Assembly (NCBI GenBank): GCA_963975575.1 | Contig: CAXBHL010000001.1 | Span: 717,032 to 781,031, forward strand | DNA length: 64,000 nucleotides | Direction: 5' to 3' | From: an uncultured Phycisphaerales bacterium | GTDB lineage: Bacteria > Planctomycetota > Phycisphaerae > Phycisphaerales > UBA1924 | Shown here: positions 21,253-30,830 of the stretch, in pieces | How positions within the stretch are numbered: the first letter of the stretch is position 1 | Layout: every line of letters begins with the position of its first letter | Program-made: the position numbers and the translations under genes | The notes under the pieces: generated by a model | Seen by the model: the letters and a program-made list of their open reading frames with translations, nothing else | Database searches by the model: none | Told to the model about the DNA's origin: nothing

Positions 21253-23904
21253 ATGAGCAAGAAATGGCAACGGAACAAGGCGTGGGAGGACGAGCACCTG
21301 ACCGGGGCGTTGACGCCGGTGCGTCTGGTCCTGCGCGCGTTCAGCACGATCCCGCTGGCGATCGGGCTGCTGGTGTTCATCTCCATCTACTGCATGCTGG
21401 CGTCGGTGCCGGTGGGCCTGCTGGCCACGCTGCCGACCTACCTGATCGTGGGTGTTTCGGCGTTGCTGACGGGGTTGATCCCGGCGACGCTGGGCGTGAT
21501 GGCGGTGCGGTGGATCGTGCCGCGTTCCGCCCGGGGCGCGCGCTTCAGCCTCTCCCTGCTGATCGGCGCCGGACTCATGGTGGCGGGCGTGGGCGCCTGG
21601 TCGCGGTGGGCGTGGCCGGCGATGCACTACGACCCGGCGGCCGGCACCGGTCTGATGCTGTTCGCGGACTTCGTGGGCACCTACCAGTCGGTCACGCTGC
21701 GACGCATGCCGTTCATGGAGATGACCGAGACGCAGTTCTACGCCTGGTGGCCGATGCGCCTGGCGCTTGTGCTGTTCGTGATCAACATGATCGTGACCAC
21801 GGTCCGGCGGATCGAGTTCACCTTCAAGAACATCGGCGTGCTCAGCGTGCACACCGGCATCGTGCTGATCGCGGTCGGCTCGATCTTCTACCAGCGGTTC
21901 AAGCAGGAGGGCGACACCCTCATCCCCGCGGCCGCGCCGGGGGGCACCGTGGGCCCCGCGCAGCGGATCTTTTACGACCGCGAGGACGTGGTGCTCTACG
22001 TCGCCCAGCAGCTCACCTGGAACGGGCAGCCCCGCTGGGAGCAGCGTGCGCTGCGGCGACTGCCCCGCTACAACAACTACGACCTGCGGGCCGGGCTGCC
22101 CTCCGGCGAGCTGTTCTCCGACCGAGACACCCACGCGGGCGGTCCGGACGCCGACCGTGAGCCCAAGCCCGCGGAGCGGCAGGCGGTGACCGACGCGGGG
22201 CGGACGCTCGCCCTGCCGGTGCCCGGCTCGAACCCCGAGCAGCCCGTGCTCTACGTGGACCCGGACATCCGCCTGCGGGTGGTCGGATACACGCCCTACG
22301 CCTCGCTGCAGTCCGACTGGGTGAGTGCCGCACCGCCCGCGGACGGTTCCGAGCCGAACCCGATGCGGACGGCCGAGCTGTTCGCGGACATCCCCGGCAT
22401 GCCCCGGCCCAAGGACGAGCCGCTGTTCGAGTTCCCGTTCTTCCTGGGCGATCCGACGCAGCGGGTGCGCAGCAACGACATCGTGGCGGTCGAGTTCACC
22501 CGCGCGATGGACCGGCAGCGGTGGGAGGACCTGTCCGCGCCGGTGCCGGTGGCGGCCTCGCACGCGATGGTGATCGAGGTGCCCGGCAGCGGCTTCCGGG
22601 CCGTGCTCCCGGCCCGCACCGGCGACGAGCTGACGCTCGGCGACACCGGGTGGACGGTCGCGGTGCAGCAGCTTGCCGAAGAGCCGCCCTTCCCGATCAT
22701 CACCAAGGGCTACGAGGGCGCGACGAGTTCGGTGGCCGTGCTCCGGCTGACCCCGCCGGCCGGCGCGGACGGCACGCGCCCGGAGGCGATCGAGCGGTGG
22801 GTCTTCCACCGTTTTCCGGAGCTGAACCAGGATCTTGCGACCACCTCGGACCCGGCCACCGGACGCCCGATGCGGGGCGCGCCGGACCCCGCGATCCGCA
22901 TCGCCTATCTCGACCTGTCCCGCCTGCAGGTGTACCTCGACGAGCGGGCCGACGGCTCGGTCCGCGCCATCGTCCGCCAGCCGGGCGGGCGGGTCCGTGT
23001 CCAGGATGACGCGCCCGACGGCTGGATCCGCGACATCGTGCCCAACGAGGAGAACGCGCGCGTGGACCTGAGGCTGGGCGAGCGCTGGGCCCACGCCGAG
23101 CGCGTGGATCGGCCCGTGCCCACCCCGGTCCCCGAGCGGGACATCTCGCTGATGGGCAGCCACACCGAGGCGCTCGTCGCGGTCGAGGTGTCGTCCGACC
23201 AGCTCGGCGGTCGCGACGCGTGGTCCGAGGTCGTGTGGCTGCCGTTCACCAAGTACATGGGCATCCAGCGCGACACGGACCGGGCGGTCACGCTGCCAGA
23301 CGGGCGTGAGGTGCGCCTCGCGTTCGGCCGGCTGCAGCGTCCGTTCCCCGACTTCACGGTGTCGCTGCTCGATTTCGAGATGATCGCCTACGACCACCGC
23401 GGCGCGCCGCGGGATTACCAGAGCACCGTGCGGGTCGCCCCGGTGGTGGCGCCCGGCGAGGCCGGGGGCAGCTTCCAGGCCTACGACCACCTGATCAAGC
23501 TCAACGAGCCGCTCCGGGCCCCGTTCCACTGGGACCCCGAGGCCAACGTGGTGTTCAACACCGCGCGGCGCCTGCTCGCCGGGCTCAACCCGCACCAGTT
23601 CAAGCTCTCGCAGGCCGGCTGGGACCGGGCCGGCTGGACGGAGACGCAGCGGCTCGCGGACCTGGGCCAAGCGCCCGGCCCGCGCGTGAGTTTCACCATC
23701 CTCGGCGTGGGCAACAACCCGGGCATCCACGTCATCGCCTTCGGCAGCATCCTGATGGGCGTGGGCATCCCGTGGGCGTTCTACGTCAAGCCCTGGCTGG
23801 TGCGTCGTGAGAAGGAGCGTCTGGCCGAGGCCGTGCGTTCCGGCAAGATCAAGACCCCCCGGCAGCGCACCGGCGTTGCCCAACCCGCGGAGGTGCCCGC
23901 ATGA
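21253..23904 (+). CDS. resB: Cytochrome c biogenesis System II protein ResB/Ccs1 (CcsB). Unusually long at about 883 aa
   Basis: N-terminal TM helices, a large periplasmic domain and C-terminal TM helices. The next gene, ccsA, overlaps by ATGA. An alternative start at ATG 21223 is possible. The upstream part of ORF 20557.. is a GC artefact that overlaps the amidohydrolase. Confidence 0.75.
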   Translation: MSKKWQRNKAWEDEHLTGALTPVRLVLRAFSTIPLAIGLLVFISIYCMLASVPVGLLATLPTYLIVGVSALLTGLIPATLGVMAVRWIVPRSARGARFSLSLLIGAGLMVAGVGAWSRWAWPAMHYDPAAGTGLMLFADFVGTYQSVTLRRMPFMEMTETQFYAWWPMRLALVLFVINMIVTTVRRIEFTFKNIGVLSVHTGIVLIAVGSIFYQRFKQEGDTLIPAAAPGGTVGPAQRIFYDREDVVLYVAQQLTWNGQPRWEQRALRRLPRYNNYDLRAGLPSGELFSDRDTHAGGPDADREPKPAERQAVTDAGRTLALPVPGSNPEQPVLYVDPDIRLRVVGYTPYASLQSDWVSAAPPADGSEPNPMRTAELFADIPGMPRPKDEPLFEFPFFLGDPTQRVRSNDIVAVEFTRAMDRQRWEDLSAPVPVAASHAMVIEVPGSGFRAVLPARTGDELTLGDTGWTVAVQQLAEEPPFPIITKGYEGATSSVAVLRLTPPAGADGTRPEAIERWVFHRFPELNQDLATTSDPATGRPMRGAPDPAIRIAYLDLSRLQVYLDERADGSVRAIVRQPGGRVRVQDDAPDGWIRDIVPNEENARVDLRLGERWAHAERVDRPVPTPVPERDISLMGSHTEALVAVEVSSDQLGGRDAWSEVVWLPFTKYMGIQRDTDRAVTLPDGREVRLAFGRLQRPFPDFTVSLLDFEMIAYDHRGAPRDYQSTVRVAPVVAPGEAGGSFQAYDHLIKLNEPLRAPFHWDPEANVVFNTARRLLAGLNPHQFKLSQAGWDRAGWTETQRLADLGQAPGPRVSFTILGVGNNPGIHVIAFGSILMGVGIPWAFYVKPWLVRREKERLAEAVRSGKIKTPRQRTGVAQPAEVPA

Positions 23905-25643
23905 CTCGCGTCGCGGCGTTCATCGCACTCGTGCTCTCCTGCCTGCCCGCCATGGCCCAGGCCCCGGACGGCAACGCCCATCCCGACACCCAGCTCGTCT
24001 CCGAGATGGCGGCCGACGCGGTCAACCCGTTCGGCCAGCCGGCGCGGACGGAGATGTCGGTGGCCGACAAGAAGGCCTTCGCCGACGCGCTGGACCTCTC
24101 GCCGCTGTCCGACCTGGCCGTCTTCCACAACGGGCGCGTCAAGATCGTCCAGACGCTCGCGGACGAGTCGGTCGTCACCATGACCGGGCGGCACAAGCAC
24201 TTCGATCTGGACCGTTCCGGCGAGAAGGTCGAGAAGGTCAGTTTCGCCCCGATGTTCACCTGGCTGGACATCATGATCGACCCCATGCACTATGTGGACC
24301 GGCCCACGATCGGGATCGGCTACCTCCCCCTGCGTCAGCAGATCCTCCGGCGTGCGATCGAGGACCCCGCCCAGCGGGAGGCGTGGCTGAAGACCGGCAT
24401 GGTCTCGCCGCGGATGGTCGATCAGCTCCTGACCCCGGTGATGGACGACCATGCCGGTGAGGAGCAGTACCGACGGGCCGCGGGCAAGGTGGACCGGGCG
24501 TTCGTGGTCTTCGTGGACTCGTGGTCGAACCTGAACCTGATCGCGCCGCGTTTGACGGACCAGCCCTGGACGCACCTGGGCCAGCTCCCGGACGACGCCC
24601 CGGCGCGCCGGGCGGCGACGCGACTGGCCACGGCCTGGCGTGCGGCCGACGCCGCCGGCGTCAACGCGGCCGTCGCCGAACTCGCGTCGATCCTGCCCAC
24701 GATCAACGCCAAGGTCTACCCGGACCGGGCCCGGGCGCTCGAGTCGCTGTACAACCGCTCCAATGCCTTCGAGTGGGGTTACTGGGTTTATCTGGTCTCG
24801 CTGGTGTCGCTGATCATCGCGTTCGGCACCGGGCGGAAGTGGCTGGTGGGGCTGGGCATCGTGACGCTGGTGATCGCGATGGGGCTGCACGGGCTGGGCT
24901 TCGGCCTGCGCTGGGCGATCGCCGAGCGCTTCCCGATCCAGAACCAGTTCGAGTCGATGACCGGGCTCTCGCTCTTCGCGGCGCTGGTCGGTTTCGTCGC
25001 CATGCTCGTCAAGAAGCAGTGGCTCTTCGGGGCGGCCGCCGCGGCCACGGGCTTCCTCGTGCTCATCACCGCCACCGAGACGGGCATCCCGGGCGTGCAC
25101 ATCGAGCGCGAGGCGGCCATCCTCAACACCTCGGTGCTGCTCAAGTACCACGTGACCACGGTGCTGACCAGCTACGGCCTGATCGCCCTGGGATTCATCA
25201 TCTCGCTGTTCTATCTGGCCACGCACTACGGCGCGAAGTTCGCCGGAAAGACCGAGATGCAGGTCGTCGCGGCCGGCGCGTTGGGGGGCGGTGGCTCGGC
25301 CGAGGGCGACACGGGCCCCACGGGCGTGCGCCGCACGCTCAAGGACCTGGACACCGCCCACATGACGGTGCTGCAGCTCGCCTTCTGGACGCTGGGCGTG
25401 GGCATCCTGCTGGGCGCGTGGTGGGCCGACCACTCGTGGGGGCGCTGGTGGGCCTTCGACCCGAAGGAGACCTGGGCGCTGGTCACCTGGATCGTCTACC
25501 TGATCGTGATCCACGTGCGCCTGACCGGCCTGAAGGACCGCGGCCTGACCACGGCGTGGCTGTCGGTGGCGGGGTTCATCGTGATGCTGTGGACCTACTT
25601 CGGCGTGAATCTGCTGCTGCCGGGGCTGCACGCGTACGCGTGA
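23901..25643 (+). CDS. ccsA: Cytochrome c-type biogenesis protein CcsA/ResC with a roughly 290-aa N-terminal periplasmic extension
   Basis: Signal peptide. The C-terminal half is polytopic and carries the WWD motif (WGRWWAFDPKETWALVTW). ATGA overlap with resB. Confidence 0.9.
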   Translation: MTRVAAFIALVLSCLPAMAQAPDGNAHPDTQLVSEMAADAVNPFGQPARTEMSVADKKAFADALDLSPLSDLAVFHNGRVKIVQTLADESVVTMTGRHKHFDLDRSGEKVEKVSFAPMFTWLDIMIDPMHYVDRPTIGIGYLPLRQQILRRAIEDPAQREAWLKTGMVSPRMVDQLLTPVMDDHAGEEQYRRAAGKVDRAFVVFVDSWSNLNLIAPRLTDQPWTHLGQLPDDAPARRAATRLATAWRAADAAGVNAAVAELASILPTINAKVYPDRARALESLYNRSNAFEWGYWVYLVSLVSLIIAFGTGRKWLVGLGIVTLVIAMGLHGLGFGLRWAIAERFPIQNQFESMTGLSLFAALVGFVAMLVKKQWLFGAAAAATGFLVLITATETGIPGVHIEREAAILNTSVLLKYHVTTVLTSYGLIALGFIISLFYLATHYGAKFAGKTEMQVVAAGALGGGGSAEGDTGPTGVRRTLKDLDTAHMTVLQLAFWTLGVGILLGAWWADHSWGRWWAFDPKETWALVTWIVYLIVIHVRLTGLKDRGLTTAWLSVAGFIVMLWTYFGVNLLLPGLHAYA

Positions 25644-26219
25644 TCAATCCGGTTTGAGAAGCCCGGCGAACCGTTCGATGGATCCTTCGGTGTAGGTCCC
25701 CGGCTCGACCTGCAGCACCCGCGCGTCCGCGTCGAGCAGTACCGCGTAGATCTGCTCGTCGGTCGCCATGCCCAACGCGTCGCGGAACTTGTCGACATCG
25801 GTGTAGAGCGTGATCGTCCGTGCGCGGGCGGCATCGTCTGGGATGCCCGAGCGCATGCCGCCGTCGATGAACCACGCCATCCAGCCCCAGCGGGTGCCGG
25901 AGATGGTGGGGGTCTCGACCACGCGGATGCCGGGGATGGCGGCCTCGATCGCGTCGAGTTGGGCCAGCCAGGTGTCGACCTCGGCCTGCTGCTGGCGTTT
26001 GAACGCGACGAGCACCAAGGCGGGTTGGCCCTTGAGGTCGTCGGGGAAGGTCACGGTCTCGCCGTGCAGGTTCTCGCCGGAGACACTGGGGAACAGCATG
26101 GCCCTGCCCTCGGACATCGCCCGCACCGGGCTGTGGCGACAGGCGGTCACGACCACGAGCGCAAGAACGACCACGCCGATGCCGATGCCCAGCCAGATCA
26201 TGCGTCGTGCTCTCGTCAT
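25644..26219 (-). CDS. Thioredoxin-fold (TlpA/ResA-like) lipoprotein that lacks the CxxC active site
   Basis: ATG 26219 with GGGAGG 5 nt upstream. Lipobox VTAC. The TlpA-like region GETVTFPDDLKGQPALVLVAF has KRQQQ where CxxC would be expected. Convergent with ccsA, with a zero gap. Confidence 0.6.
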   Translation of the reverse strand: MTRARRMIWLGIGIGVVVLALVVVTACRHSPVRAMSEGRAMLFPSVSGENLHGETVTFPDDLKGQPALVLVAFKRQQQAEVDTWLAQLDAIEAAIPGIRVVETPTISGTRWGWMAWFIDGGMRSGIPDDAARARTITLYTDVDKFRDALGMATDEQIYAVLLDADARVLQVEPGTYTEGSIERFAGLLKPD

Positions 26220-26243
26220 GGAACCTCCCAATCATTCGGGCGG

Positions 26244-26903
26244 ATGCGTCCGCTCCCCGCCCAAGCCTACGGCCTCCCGGCCGCCGACCTCGCCCCCCGC
26301 CTCATCGGCTGCACCCTCGTCCGCACGCTGGACACCGGCGAGCGGCTGGGCGGCGTGATCGTCGAGACCGAGGCCTACGTCGGGCCGGAGGATCTGGCGT
26401 CGCACGCGGCGGGCGGACGCCGGACGGCCCGGATCGAGTCGATGTGGGCCGAGCCGGGGACGGTGTACGTCTATTTCACCTACGGCATGCACCACTGTGT
26501 CAACATCGCGTGCTTTCGCAAGGGCCACCCGGCGGCGGTGCTGATCCGGGCGATCGAGCCGACCGAGGGGATCGAGACCATGCGTCGCCTGCGGCAGCGT
26601 CCGGGCGGCAAGCCGGTGCCGGACAGGGACTTGTGCCGCGGACCGGGGCGGTTGTGCCAGGCGATGGCCATCGACCGGACGCTTGATGGAGTGAATATTA
26701 CCCAGTCAACCCAGGTTTCCATGCTTGACAGGCCCGTCGGCGGGGGTGAGCCGCCCATCACCCGCACGAGCCGGGTGGGGCTGGGGGCGGTGGGGGACTG
26801 GAAAAACCGGATGCTGAGGTTCGTGTGGACCGATCATCGGTTCAGTTCGCGCTCCGCCCGCTCCGGCGGTGGAACCGTGCGGGGCGCGAATCCCAATACT
26901 TGA
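26244..26903 (+). CDS. mpg: DNA-3-methyladenine glycosylase (Mpg/AAG family)
   Basis: Motifs VETEAY, YFTYGMHHCVNI and GPGRLCQAMAID are typical of the AAG family. About 220 aa. Confidence 0.8.
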   Translation: MRPLPAQAYGLPAADLAPRLIGCTLVRTLDTGERLGGVIVETEAYVGPEDLASHAAGGRRTARIESMWAEPGTVYVYFTYGMHHCVNIACFRKGHPAAVLIRAIEPTEGIETMRRLRQRPGGKPVPDRDLCRGPGRLCQAMAIDRTLDGVNITQSTQVSMLDRPVGGGEPPITRTSRVGLGAVGDWKNRMLRFVWTDHRFSSRSARSGGGTVRGANPNT

Positions 26904-26987
26904 ACGGGATCCGACAGGGTCCCCGGGGCGAATCTTGAACGTTGGCGCCCCATACAATGAGATCGGGGCAGCCGGAAGGTCGGACGC

Positions 26988-27395
26988 ATGACGGAACAGG
27001 ACTTCGACATCAAGTCGGTCTTCGAGCGGGCGGGGGGCTACTCGCCCGCCTGCCTGCCGTTCGTGCGCGACGGGCTCGCCCACACCGTCGAGATGGTCCA
27101 CGGCCAGCCCGAGTCATCCCTGATGGAACTCGAGGACGAGCAGCGTCACGTCTCGGGCCACCAGCTGTGCCTGGGGCTGCGGGACTACGCCCTGCAGCGG
27201 TACGGGCTGATGTCCAGGGTGGTCCTCAACCGCTGGGGCATCCGCTCGACCCGCGATTTCGGGCACATCATCTTCGCGATGGTCGACGCCGGGCTGATGC
27301 GCAAGACCGACGACGACACCATCGAGGACTTCGACGGGGTCTACGAGTTCGACGAGGCCTTCGCCGAGCCCGGGCTCGAGCCGGCCGGCTCCTGA
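26988..27395 (+). CDS. Hypothetical acidic cytoplasmic protein
   Basis: Clean 135-aa ORF with GGAAGG upstream of the ATG. No motif recognised. Confidence 0.55.
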   Translation: MTEQDFDIKSVFERAGGYSPACLPFVRDGLAHTVEMVHGQPESSLMELEDEQRHVSGHQLCLGLRDYALQRYGLMSRVVLNRWGIRSTRDFGHIIFAMVDAGLMRKTDDDTIEDFDGVYEFDEAFAEPGLEPAGS

Positions 27396-27468
27396 TTCAG
27401 AACCAATCCCAACGCGGCGATCGGCCGCCCCGCCTGCCGGGAACCCCCCGCGGCGGTATGCTGGATGC

Positions 27469-28782
27469 ATGACCGAACCCGGACCCGCCCGCCGCTCGCT
27501 GCCCGAATGGGCCCGACTCCATCTCTGGCAGATGCAGCCGGTGCGGGACGTGCTGCTCGGCCTGTCGGTCTTCGCCCTGATCTGGGTGGGCCAGAAGACC
27601 TCGGTGGTGACGGTGCCGCTGCTGCTGGCGGTGCTGCTGGCGTACCTGTTCGAGCCGCTGATCGCGTGGCTGGTGGGGCGGATCGGGATGTCCCGGCGGG
27701 TGGCGGTGGGCGGGATCATCGCTTCGGCGGTGATGTTCGTGGCCGTGCCGGCGGTGCTGGCGTTGACGTTCGGGGTGGCGCAGCTGGTGCTGTTCGGCTC
27801 GCGGACCGTGGACAACATCGTGTCGGTGCAGGCGGCCGCGACCGCGGGCTCGCCGGAGGAATCCGGGCAGATCATCCGCGAATGGAACCGGCGGCACGGA
27901 TGGCCCGAGGGCGCCTCCCCCGGCTTCGACCTCGAGGGTGACGCCGAGCCGCGATTCAGCCCGAGCTGGCAGTGGGTCTACGAGCAGCTGACCGCCCCCG
28001 ATTCGGAGCAGGCGCCCTTCCGCGACGCGCTCCAGGCGGGGATGGAGTGGGTCGATGACAACCAGGAGCAGGTGGCCACCACGGCGGCCAACTTCGGCAT
28101 CGAGACGGTCAACCGCGTGCTGGGATGGGTGGGGGCGGCGTTCGGGCTCGGGTTCATGGCCTTCGTCACGCTGTTCTTTTTCTTCTTCATGTCGACCGAG
28201 TGGGTCAAGGTCAAGGGGTTCGGGACCAAGCTGCTGCCGGACAACAACCGAGATCGGATCGTTGAACTGCTCCAGAAGTTCGATGGTGTGATCTCGGGTT
28301 TCATCCGCGGGCGGCTCACGATCGCGTTCCTGCAGGCGATCGTGTTCTCGTTCGGGTACTTCCTGATCGGCGTTCCGGGCGCGTTCCTGCTCGGGCCGGC
28401 GGTGGCGGTCCTGTCGATCGTGCCGTACCTGGCGCTGGTGGGGGTGCCGGTCTCGATCGCGCTGCTCTGGCTCGAGGGTCACACGGGGGTGCGGGGCGCG
28501 TGGTGGTGGGTGGTCGGGGCGCCGCTGGCGGTGTATTTCATCGGCCAGGCGCTGGACGACTACGTGTTCACGCCGCTGATCCAGGGCAAGAGCACGGGCA
28601 TGGACACGCCGACGATCCTGTTCGCCTCGCTGGCGGGCGGCGCGTTGTTCGGCGTGTTCGGCCTGCTCATCGCCATCCCGATCGCGGCGTGCGTGAAGAT
28701 TCTGGTGCAGGAGATCTTCTGGCCGCGATTCAAGGAGTGGGCCGAGGGGCGTGCGGGCGATCCGCTGCCCATCAAGGACTGA
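27469..28782 (+). CDS. AI-2E family transporter (UPF0118/PerM-like)
   Basis: 437 aa with about 8 TM helices. Characteristic AI-2E layout with a large central loop and a conserved C-terminal hydrophobic core. Confidence 0.8.
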   Translation: MTEPGPARRSLPEWARLHLWQMQPVRDVLLGLSVFALIWVGQKTSVVTVPLLLAVLLAYLFEPLIAWLVGRIGMSRRVAVGGIIASAVMFVAVPAVLALTFGVAQLVLFGSRTVDNIVSVQAAATAGSPEESGQIIREWNRRHGWPEGASPGFDLEGDAEPRFSPSWQWVYEQLTAPDSEQAPFRDALQAGMEWVDDNQEQVATTAANFGIETVNRVLGWVGAAFGLGFMAFVTLFFFFFMSTEWVKVKGFGTKLLPDNNRDRIVELLQKFDGVISGFIRGRLTIAFLQAIVFSFGYFLIGVPGAFLLGPAVAVLSIVPYLALVGVPVSIALLWLEGHTGVRGAWWWVVGAPLAVYFIGQALDDYVFTPLIQGKSTGMDTPTILFASLAGGALFGVFGLLIAIPIAACVKILVQEIFWPRFKEWAEGRAGDPLPIKD

Positions 28783-28819
28783 CCGCGCGGCCGGGCCGCG
28801 CCAGCACAGGGGACACGTG

Positions 28820-29173
28820 ATGGACGAGTATCAGACGAGTGCCGCGAACGGGCCGGCGATGGGTTCTCCCGGACGGCCGCTTTCGGGCGTGAAGGTTCCG
28901 ATGCTGATCGCGGGAATCTTCAACTGCATCGTGGCGTTGAGCTGGTTCAGCACGTGCTTCCTGTTCTTTTTGGGCATCCCGCTGCTGGTCCTGGGGATCT
29001 TCGAGATCATCCTGTTCACAAAGCTGGGCGGCAGCCGTGAACAGCAGGACGCGGTGCGCGGGAAGGCCAAGACGTACGCCATTCTGGACGTGTGCACCAT
29101 CCTGCTGTTCAATCTGCCGAGCATGATCTGCGGCATCATCCAGCTGGCGAGCCACAACCAGTTTGACGAGTAG
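28820..29173 (+). CDS. Small hypothetical membrane protein with three or four TM helices
   Basis: ATG 28820 preceded by GGGGA. Hydrophobic 117-aa product. Confidence 0.5.
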   Translation: MDEYQTSAANGPAMGSPGRPLSGVKVPMLIAGIFNCIVALSWFSTCFLFFLGIPLLVLGIFEIILFTKLGGSREQQDAVRGKAKTYAILDVCTILLFNLPSMICGIIQLASHNQFDE

Positions 29174-29242
29174 GCCCCGTCGGACCTCGGTGTCTTGAGA
29201 CCACGCGTCCGGGGTGTCGCCCGGTCCGCCGCGAACGGAGTC

Positions 29243-30745
29243 TTACCGCCGCTTCGGCTTGCGCTTCTTGACGCCCCGGGAGGGGGCCTTGGTGGCGCCC
29301 TTGCCCCCCATGCCCGGCATCTGGGGCAGGCCGGTGAACATGCCGCCGCCGGCGAGCTGCTTGGCGGCGGCCGCTCGTGACCCGGCCCCCATCGAGCCCA
29401 TCTGCTTGGTCATCTTGTTGAGCACGCCGAACTGCTTGACGAGCTGGCCGACCTGGTTCTGGTCGGTGCCCGATCCGGCGGCGATGCGGCGCTTGCGCGG
29501 GTTGTTGATCAGGTCGGGCTTGGACCGCTCCTTGACCGTCATGGACTGGATCATCGCCTCGGTGCGGTCGAGCTGCTTCTCGTCGATGTCCACGTCCTTG
29601 AGCATCTGTCCGATGCCCGGCAGCATGCCCAGCAGGCTCTTCATCGAGCCCATCTTGCGGAGCGTCTTCATCTGCTTGAGGAAGTCGTCCATGGTCAGCT
29701 CACCCTTGGACATCTTGGCTTCGAGCTTTTTGGCGTCCTCTTCGGAGACTTCCTGCTGGGCCTTCTCGACCAGCGAAACCACATCGCCCATGCCGAGGAT
29801 GCGCCCGGCCATGCGCTCGGGGTGGAACGGCTCGATCGCGTCGAGCTTCTCGCCCACGCCGATGTAACGGATCGGCGCGCCGGTGACCTCTTTGACCGAC
29901 AGCGCCGCCCCGCCGCGGGTGTCCGAGTCGAACTTGGTCAGGATCACTCCGTCCACGGCCAGGCGCTGGTGGAAGCTCTTGGCGCTCTGCACCGCGTCCT
30001 GGCCGGTCATCGCGTCGACGACCAGGAAGATGTGGTGGGGGTTGACGAGCGCCTTGACCTGCGTTAGCTCGCCCATGAGTTCATCGTTGACGTGCAGGCG
30101 GCCCGCGGTGTCGAGGATCAGCACGTCCACACCCTTGGCGCGCGCCTCCTTGACGGCGTTCTGGCAGACCTTGACCGCCACGCCCACGGCCTTGCCGTAC
30201 GCGGCCACCTTGTCCGGCTCGCCGTAGAAATGCACCTGGGCCCCGCCGGGCAGTTCGTTGGCCTGCCGGGCGACGGTCTGGAGCTGCTCGACCGCCGCCG
30301 GTCGCTGCAGGTCGGCCGCGGCCACCATGACCGTGCGGCCCTGCTTCTTGAGCATCCCGGCGAGCTTGCCGCAGGTGGTGGTCTTGCCGCTGCCCTGCAG
30401 GCCGCACATCATGACGATGGTGGGGCCGGGGGACATCTTCATGATGCCGGGGGGCGGCGTCTGCTGTTCGGCGTCGGGATCGCCGCCGAAGAGTTCGACC
30501 AGCCGCCGGTGGACGATGGCGATCATCTCCTGACCGGGCTTGACGCTCTTGGTGACCTCCTGGCCGAGCGCGTCCTTGAGGACGTTCTTGCAAAAAGTCT
30601 CGGCCACCTCGTACTGCACGTCCGCTTCGAGCAGGGCGTTGCGGACGCCGTCCATGGCCTCGCGGACGTTGGCCTCGGAGATCGTCCCGCTGCCGGAGAG
30701 TTTGCGGAGGGCGCCGGAGAATGAGTCGGAAATGCGGTCGAACAT
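29243..30745 (-). CDS. ffh: Signal recognition particle protein Ffh
   Basis: N, G and M domains. GLQGSGKTT P-loop. DTAGR and TKFD motifs. Met-rich C-terminus. The start is moved to ATG 30745, with GGGAG 6 nt upstream. Confidence 0.95.
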   Translation of the reverse strand: MFDRISDSFSGALRKLSGSGTISEANVREAMDGVRNALLEADVQYEVAETFCKNVLKDALGQEVTKSVKPGQEMIAIVHRRLVELFGGDPDAEQQTPPPGIMKMSPGPTIVMMCGLQGSGKTTTCGKLAGMLKKQGRTVMVAAADLQRPAAVEQLQTVARQANELPGGAQVHFYGEPDKVAAYGKAVGVAVKVCQNAVKEARAKGVDVLILDTAGRLHVNDELMGELTQVKALVNPHHIFLVVDAMTGQDAVQSAKSFHQRLAVDGVILTKFDSDTRGGAALSVKEVTGAPIRYIGVGEKLDAIEPFHPERMAGRILGMGDVVSLVEKAQQEVSEEDAKKLEAKMSKGELTMDDFLKQMKTLRKMGSMKSLLGMLPGIGQMLKDVDIDEKQLDRTEAMIQSMTVKERSKPDLINNPRKRRIAAGSGTDQNQVGQLVKQFGVLNKMTKQMGSMGAGSRAAAAKQLAGGGMFTGLPQMPGMGGKGATKAPSRGVKKRKPKRR

Positions 30746-30830
30746 GGACACTCCCGCCGGGGGTCTCCCGGGGTTTGGGCGAGTTTCGGGGGCCGTGACC
30801 GCAGCCGAATGGATCGTAGGCGGGAGGGGG

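Noticed and set aside
29174-29242. Looked for a terminator between the convergent small membrane protein gene and ffh
   Set aside because: Only imperfect GC-rich complementarity and no convincing hairpin with a U-tract. Not called.
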